A stretch of 55,093 nucleotides of DNA, counting the filler, from Jimgerdemannia flammicorona (taxonomy: Eukaryota): NCBI GenBank assembly GCA_003990765.1. It is 3 parts of 3 records of this genome, joined end to end, with 100 filler letters (N's around TTAATTAATTAA, not from the genome) between each part and the next. Parts side by side here need not be neighbours in the genome. Positions count along the whole stretch, not along the records: positions 36,797 to 55,093 come from RBNJ01002247.1; 2 more parts are not named here. One strand, 5' to 3'. The notes under the pieces are model-generated. The model did no database searches. It was not told where the DNA came from and was given only the letters and a program-made list of their open reading frames with translations. The translations under genes and the position numbers were made by a program. Below are positions 48,383-55,093 of this stretch, in pieces. How positions within the stretch are numbered: position 1 is the first letter of the stretch; every line of letters starts with the position of its first letter.

Positions 48383-49500
48383 ATATATTTATTAAGCTAA
48401 AAGATATAACTCAAAATTAGTAGTATCCAAAATATATTCAGAAGACTGTCTTTTCAATATTCTTTTCATTAATAAAAATCTGATAATATCTATTCTATAA
48501 ATCAGTAGGGAGAAAGTCTTAATCTTGAAGATTTGATATAATAACTCATCAATTCTAAGCAAGACATACTAGTTCTTGATGATGATCTTATTAAGAACTT
48601 TATAATTAATACATATTTACAGAGAGCCATCCTTCTTCTTGACAAATAAAATAAGAGCTCCAAATAGAGAACAGCTGGGTTCAATATATTCTTGGGTCAG
48701 TAATTTGATTAGCTTATCTTTGAGAATCTTGAGTTTAGATTGGGCTAACTAGTAGATATTTTTGTATGGTAGTTTGGATTCTAGAATAAGATCAATTCTA
48801 TGTTAGATTTAGTACTTTAGTAGAAGTTCTTTGGGTTTTTGAAATATATCTTGAAATTCCTTAAATAGTTCTTAGATCTCTAATATTACTGAGTTATTTG
48901 GGACTTTAGTGATTTCTTATACTATAGATATAATAGATATTATTCTTTTTGCAGAAGAGTCTCTTTATCTAAATAATAGAGATGATCTTAATTCTTTAGT
49001 AGGTATTACTCTTCTGAGATATTAGAGTGACCCTTCTTCCTTCATAAGTCAAATTAATCTCATTAGTTCTTTAGTTGATATCGAGATTGTGCTAGATCAA
49101 CTAAGCTTTTCTTAAGATAATATCTTGTTCTGGGAGATCTATAATACTGAAGTCTAACTTCTCTTGATATTTGCTAATTTTGAACAATAGGTTTTTACAG
49201 ATTCAGATCAATAGTATAGTCTTGCTATCACTAAAGATGATACTTCTTTTTTCAGTAATTGGCTTACTTTGGGCTTTAATCTTCTTAATAGTCTTAGTAC
49301 TAATATAGTTTCCTATAATACTACTATCTAGTAGGATATTAATATCTTATTTATAAACTTAGTCTGTAAACTTAATACAACTATTCTCTTTCTTGACAGT
49401 ATTGAGCTCTTTGTCATTATTACTCTAATTGTCTAGTCTTCTCAAAGTTAGTCTCTCTTCATCTTTTTTAGAGAGTGTAGTCTAGTTTAGATTTCTCAGT
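48383..49500 (-). pseudogene. Third Ty3/Gypsy lineage (Tf2/chromovirus-like), protease + RT N-half
   Basis: ILLDSSIIGNYI (protease); IEPSCSLFGALILFVKKKDGSL*ICINYKVLNK...LRIDEL (RT). No dUTPase seen between them. Confidence 0.8.
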
Positions 49501-49519
49501 TTGTTGAACTTGATATCTC

Positions 49520-49801
49520 TAGTACTTCTAATAAATTGAATCAAATCAAATTTGACTCAAATTCAATTTAATTTAATCAAATTAAAGATCCAATTTGATT
49601 TGAGATTTGATTCAAACTCTCAATTTAATTCAATTAAATTAAAGGTTCAATTTGATTTGAGATTTGATTTAAACTCTCAATTTAATTTAAATTTGATTTG
49701 ATTCAAACTTAATTCAAATTGAAAAAACCCCAATTTGATTCAGTTCAAATAACTCTTAATTCAATTCAATTTAAAATGATTTAATTCATTTGAAAGTATT
49801 A
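49520..49801. mobile_element. MITE-like element, second copy
   Basis: tagtacttctaa...ttgaaagtatta ends with ATCAA/ATTTG repeats, like 9637-9964. Confidence 0.6.
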
Positions 49802-50179
49802 GATATATATATATATCTCTCAGATTGGATTTTGAAAACCTTGGAGAGGTATATATGGTATTCATTAATATATTCTATATATAGTATATTCAGATAGAAT
49901 GAGAATATTATTTATATAGTACATAACTATATATAATTCTCTTATATTAGATTTCATCATTATCTTTCTTTATAGTGAAGACTTTTTGACTAGGGGTTTT
50001 GTTGATATATCTAAACTCTTTCTTACTATAGTCTGTCTGAGTGAGTTCAGAGACTTCTTTAATAATAAGATCTTAATAAATTACTTCAATGATAGTCTAA
50101 GCAATTCTTTGATCTGCTTTTACTTCAAATGATATATTATCAAAATTTTGCAAAATGATATAGATTTCTCTAATAAAGT

Positions 50180-51815
50180 CTTAATCAATGACTCCTCTTT
50201 CTAGACTAATATTGAATTTTTTAGCCAGACTGCTTTATTCAGTAAGATAGATATATATTCCTTTAGGAGCTTATATTGTAATCCTGGTATACAGAGTTAT
50301 CTCTTTCTAATATATCTCACATTATACAAACTTATATCACCTACTCTTACACTATTATTTAGAGAAATATCTTAAGAATATATCCTCGAATTAGAGTTCT
50401 ATGGAGTATACTATCTATCCTGTCTAGTAATCTATTATATATTATATTAAAGTCACTCCCCAGACAGTCAATCTCCTTGGCTACCATAATACTTATATCT
50501 CTTAGTTCCCTTATCTACTCTACATACTCTCCTCTTTCTATTAGATAATAATATAACTCAATAGTCAACCAGTCTTCTCCACACTCTCTACACTACTCTA
50601 CCCCCCCAATGTCTAATGCTCCCAATATCTAGTTGCACTCTTCTGCCATTCACTATCTCAATTACCATCCTAGCCTTAAACTCCCTTCAGATCAGCCTCC
50701 TCTTCTCTACTACTCCTGCCAGATCCTCCAATATCTCCAGCAAGTTCTCCTCCTCTTTTAGTATCCCTTTCACTCTTGAGATCTTATACTCCACTGGTTT
50801 CCACTTCAGTACCACCAATCAATCCTGTTCTTTCTCAGTATTCTTCCTACCTATCAGCCTAACTCAGATATCTATATCTCTAGTCCTGAACTCAGTCCCT
50901 TCTTAGACTCAGAAGCCAACATCTATCACATTTCCATACTCCTTAATAATATCTACAATTAACCTCTTGGCTACCTTCTTTTTTACTATAGATACATTCA
51001 CTACTACTAGCTATATTACTCTGGAGTTCCAGTACAAATACTGAGCCATAGAAATTACTATCTCTCTCCTACTATTACTTCTTTCTCAAATGCTCTCAAC
51101 ATTAACTCTTTCTCCTCAAAGCTCACTTCCACTTCTTCAAGTTTCTTCAAGAACTTCACTGAAGCCACTTCTTTTATCTCCTAAGCCAGAAGGCTAAGAA
51201 CTATTTTTGCTATAACTGCCAAGCCTTGGAAGTACAAAGTAATGATAAATTCAGATACTAACTTCTTGAGTAATAGTACTACCACTAAACCTGTTATACT
51301 ATTAGCTAGGTCTCTAGACCTCATACCTCTCCCCAGCTTAACCCCACTATCAGCTATCATATCTGGACTTTTTTTCAGATTAATAGTCCTCTCTCTATTA
51401 GCAGTCTCACTCTCTCCAGCCCCTACTCTCTCAGTCCTACCACTACTGTCACCATAGGCCCTCCTATCAGACTCTACAGTCTCCTCCTTCTCTTTATTCT
51501 TCTATAGCCAACTCTTCAGTCCAGTTGCTAGATACTCTATCTTAACCTTATTAGCAAAGCTCATTCTTCCAGACTTCTGCCTGCTGGTCTCTTCTTGTCC
51601 ACTCTTTTAGCTATCAGTGAGAGTGTTCAGCAGGTTCTCTTCTAATCCATAACTCCTCTCTACATACTACTAGTTGAATATACTGGGGTCACTCTGCTCT
51701 ATATGCTCCTTAGAATACTTATTAATTACTATATTATTATTATCTTTTCTTTAAAAATGATATTGAAAGTATTGTCAGAAGTTTATATAATCTGAATTGT
51801 ATTAGAGAAAGATAA
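50180..51815 (-). mobile_element. Degenerate LINE relative of 12746-17660 (5' end + ORF1)
   Basis: 5' end atctttctc...tacaattca. The antisense peptide DTNFLSNSTTTKPV matches EINFLSNGATTSPV. More LINE-like debris probably extends to about 53300. Confidence 0.7.
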
Positions 51816-54469
51816 TTGTTGAACTTACTGACTCTGTCTCCTCTCTCATGAGAGCTTATAGAGCTCTCCTCTATACTATTCTCCCTACTTAGTATACTTC
51901 TCTAAGTTTTAAGTTACTAATATACTACTAGTATATTTCTTTAGAAAACTATATCAAAAAAGTTGAGAATTTATTATATAATATAATCTAAGTAATAGCT
52001 GAGAAAGGTGTGTCTTATATTACTTCTCTTATTAGCTATTGTTATTAGTCTATAAACTTCCTAATATCTATCTACTATCCTCTATTAAAGATATATTTTT
52101 AATAAGTAACTATCAATATCTAAACATTAAAAATCTACTCAATATCTCTCTATAAGTTGCCAATCTTCTCCACCAACTCTCTCCTAACTACTATCTCAAC
52201 TACTTCCCCTATACCTCTATCACTAGAGCTCCAAAATACCTCCAGGCTTTACTAATAGTCTTTTACACCTGAATAGTCAGCTATAATATGATCTGATATC
52301 TGCATCTCTCTATTCTAGAGGTCTGTAAACTACTTACAATCATAATAGCCCTCAGTATCTATTTAGCTAGTCTTATATTTCAATATTATATTTCTCTTTA
52401 AAAACTATTACTATATCACTTAGTATCTAAGTAGTACTACCCTATATAATATATTAATATAGTACTATATTTCTTCCTACTCTTAAGTTTTATCAATCTG
52501 AGTCTTCTACTAGTCAACTGGTTATCTCTCTAAAGGTCCTACTTATATCTACTCTATTGTCTTCTCTAGTAAATATTTCTCCAAGCTCCTATCCTCAATC
52601 TGGGGCAACTTCAGTCTCTATCACTTTTTTTTCAGAATTCTCACTATCCTCTACCTCCAGCTCTATTAGCTCTATGATCAGTTAGGCCTCTACTATTTTC
52701 TATCAAAATCTCTTATATATATCTTAACCTATTTATACTCTCTACCTGGAGCAGATCTCTCAAGTCCTACTACTCTACTCTATAAGAGTAGAACCTGATC
52801 TTCCAATTGTTCATAGCTAGTCTACCTAACCTCTTCTCTCTAAAGTTCATCAATCTTTACCTCCACTATCTTCTCAGTACTATTAAAAGTCCAATAGTTC
52901 CAAACTACTATCTATTATCTATAATACCACTGTCTCTTAGCTAATTTGTAGCTACTTCTCTCTTTATAGAAAAGTCTAAATAGTAATCTAAATATCATAA
53001 CTTTGATAATTAATAAATATTCAAAACTACTACTTTGTCTACTAGAGAAAAGTTCTTCTCTAACTACTATATTAGAGCCTTCTCTCATTTTAGTACTATC
53101 TCTCTCTACTATTTCTTAGATAGAACTATCCTATAAACTAAGAATCAGATATCCAGATATTAAATTATTTTCTCAGTAGTTACTATTTATTCAAACCTCT
53201 CTATCTCTTCCAGATCTATACCAATCTCTATTATCTTATACTTTCTCTAGTTCAACTTTATCTCTACTATCTTCTCATATTTCTTAATCTCTTTATATAA
53301 GATCTCTATATTCTTTTTATATTCTAGATCAATTACTATACTATCTATAAAAGCTTTCAGCTTCCAAACTACCTCCTTTATCTATAGTCTAGCTAGATAT
53401 AGATCATTATTATTATCATATATATCTCATTATTGAGTGCTGAAATAATAAATAAAATACTCTATCTAATCTTTAACAGTTTATCTACTATTTAGAACAG
53501 TTTGACCAGTCTGTCTATTTATATAGAGAGCAATTATCCCAACTTAAAAATTCTATTTAGTTAATAGTTAAAAAAAAAAATTTAAAAAAAAAGTATTTCA
53601 AATTACAGAATCTCTTCTCTCTTATTAAATTGATCTTTTATCTTATATATCTCTTTACTAAGTTGCTCCTCTTTCTTCTTACTAAGTTACTTTTCCTTCT
53701 TCTCACTAAGCTGATTCTTTTTCTTTTCAGATAATATAGGAGATATATTATAATTTATTCTAAAATTAATAATAAGTTTATCTTTTCTTTTAATATTTAA
53801 AACTCCTTAAAGTTTATTATCATTAAGTCTAGTAATTCTCATAATATTATAGACTGAATGAGTCTTATTTATCTTTTTTTTTATATAGTATTATAAGAGA
53901 TTTCTAATAATGAGATTAATATTTCTTTATATTATTTATTAGTTAAAATCTAGTTATCTATCTATTATATCTTATAAGCTAATAGTTAAAATTATATAAT
54001 ATATATTTTAAGTAAAGGTTTTTTATACTTTCTCTTATAAATATTAAAAAGATTAATATAATTCTCCTCTGATATCTTCTTCTAAAGATATAAATTAATA
54101 TCAAATATTGAGAATTTATTTGCTTAATATAGAAAACTATCTAAAGACTCTAGTTCTGTTTTTAGTATCTCTTATTTGGCTTCAAATTTCTTAAGAAGAT
54201 AGAAAGTATATATATTTCTTTCTACTTATAGTTATTAGTTACTAAACTTCTATAAAAGTAATAAAAAAATTTATCTTAAGAGAAAAATAACTAGTATATT
54301 TTTGAATAATAAGAAAAGTATCTACTACTTTCTTTGATAGAGATATATTAGATAAAAATGAAGGATGCTATATATTCTTATACATATTATATAATATTTG
54401 AAATATTTTATAAATCTTAATTTCTTATTTTTGAAAAAGAAATTTACCTATATACATATAAATAATAAG

Positions 54470-55026
54470 CTCCTTTCTTCACTATCTTACTAGTCATAAG
54501 ATTTGATAGATAATCTTCTAAGTCCCCTTTTCTCTATTATTATCCCCTCTACTTTAGGTTGGTTTGCTGTATCTGTAGAGACATAGTGAGAGGAGGACAA
54601 TAGTAATGAGTTGCCCTTTTATTAGTATCAGATCAGTATCTTCTCTACTATTTTACAGATTCTAGTATCTTCAGCTATATCTAGAGTATATTCATTTTGA
54701 TATAGTGCCTTCTTCCTTTTGCTATCACCAACAAGGTATTGTCTTAGAATATCACAGGTTATGTAGAAAGTCAGCCAACCTTGGACATCAAGTGCCCAGT
54801 ATAGGTTATCTATAAGTCCTCAGTATCTATAATAAGACCCTCTGGCTTTGACAAGCTTCCCAGTGAGCATGGTTCTGATATAGGTGACTGTTTTTTGAGT
54901 ATTGTTAGAATAGAAAGAGAGATGGCCATCACAGATAGAAGAAAGGGTGATAATGGCAAATCAGTAGGGTGTTAGGCTGAGGGTAGTCATTAGAGCTAGG
55001 GCAGATACTGCTTTAATAGGGCCTTT

Positions 55027-55029
<3 letters not shown>
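54470..55029 (+). mobile_element. Poly(A) retroposon, copy 3 (5' half)
   Basis: Matches 6508-7068 from the same 5' start. It is cut by a T run at 55030-55093, probably the tail of a minus-strand retroposon. Confidence 0.85.

Positions 55030-55093
<64 letters not shown>

Noticed and set aside
53300..54460. Very AT-rich stretch
   Set aside because: No readable motif; probably terminally mutated TE debris.

Overview
Repeat-rich eukaryotic DNA, probably fungal (inference from the TE families and mutation pattern). It consists of three contigs joined by artificial 100-nt N/TTAATTAATTAA linkers at 18300 and 36697. Almost everything is nested transposon sequence damaged by C>T/G>A hypermutation. 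It includes dUTPase-carrying Ty3/Gypsy elements, a Ty1/copia remnant, L1/Tx1-like LINEs, a Sola-like transposase relic, MITEs and a 1.2-kb poly(A) retroposon in three copies. One CpG-retaining unique island (about 31.2-36.7 kb) holds an orphan ORF. Two things stand out. (1) An endonuclease-less Penelope-like retroelement array (38245-46391) has two 3.66-kb head-to-tail units and an inverted terminal arm that starts exactly at a built-in 14-bp hairpin stem. Both array ends stop at the same nucleotide, which suggests cDNA fold-back replication. (2) Two different long-LTR families (20768-23154 and about 46807-48382) carry a homologous protein-coding ORF inside U3. Boundaries of degenerate elements are approximate and read by eye.
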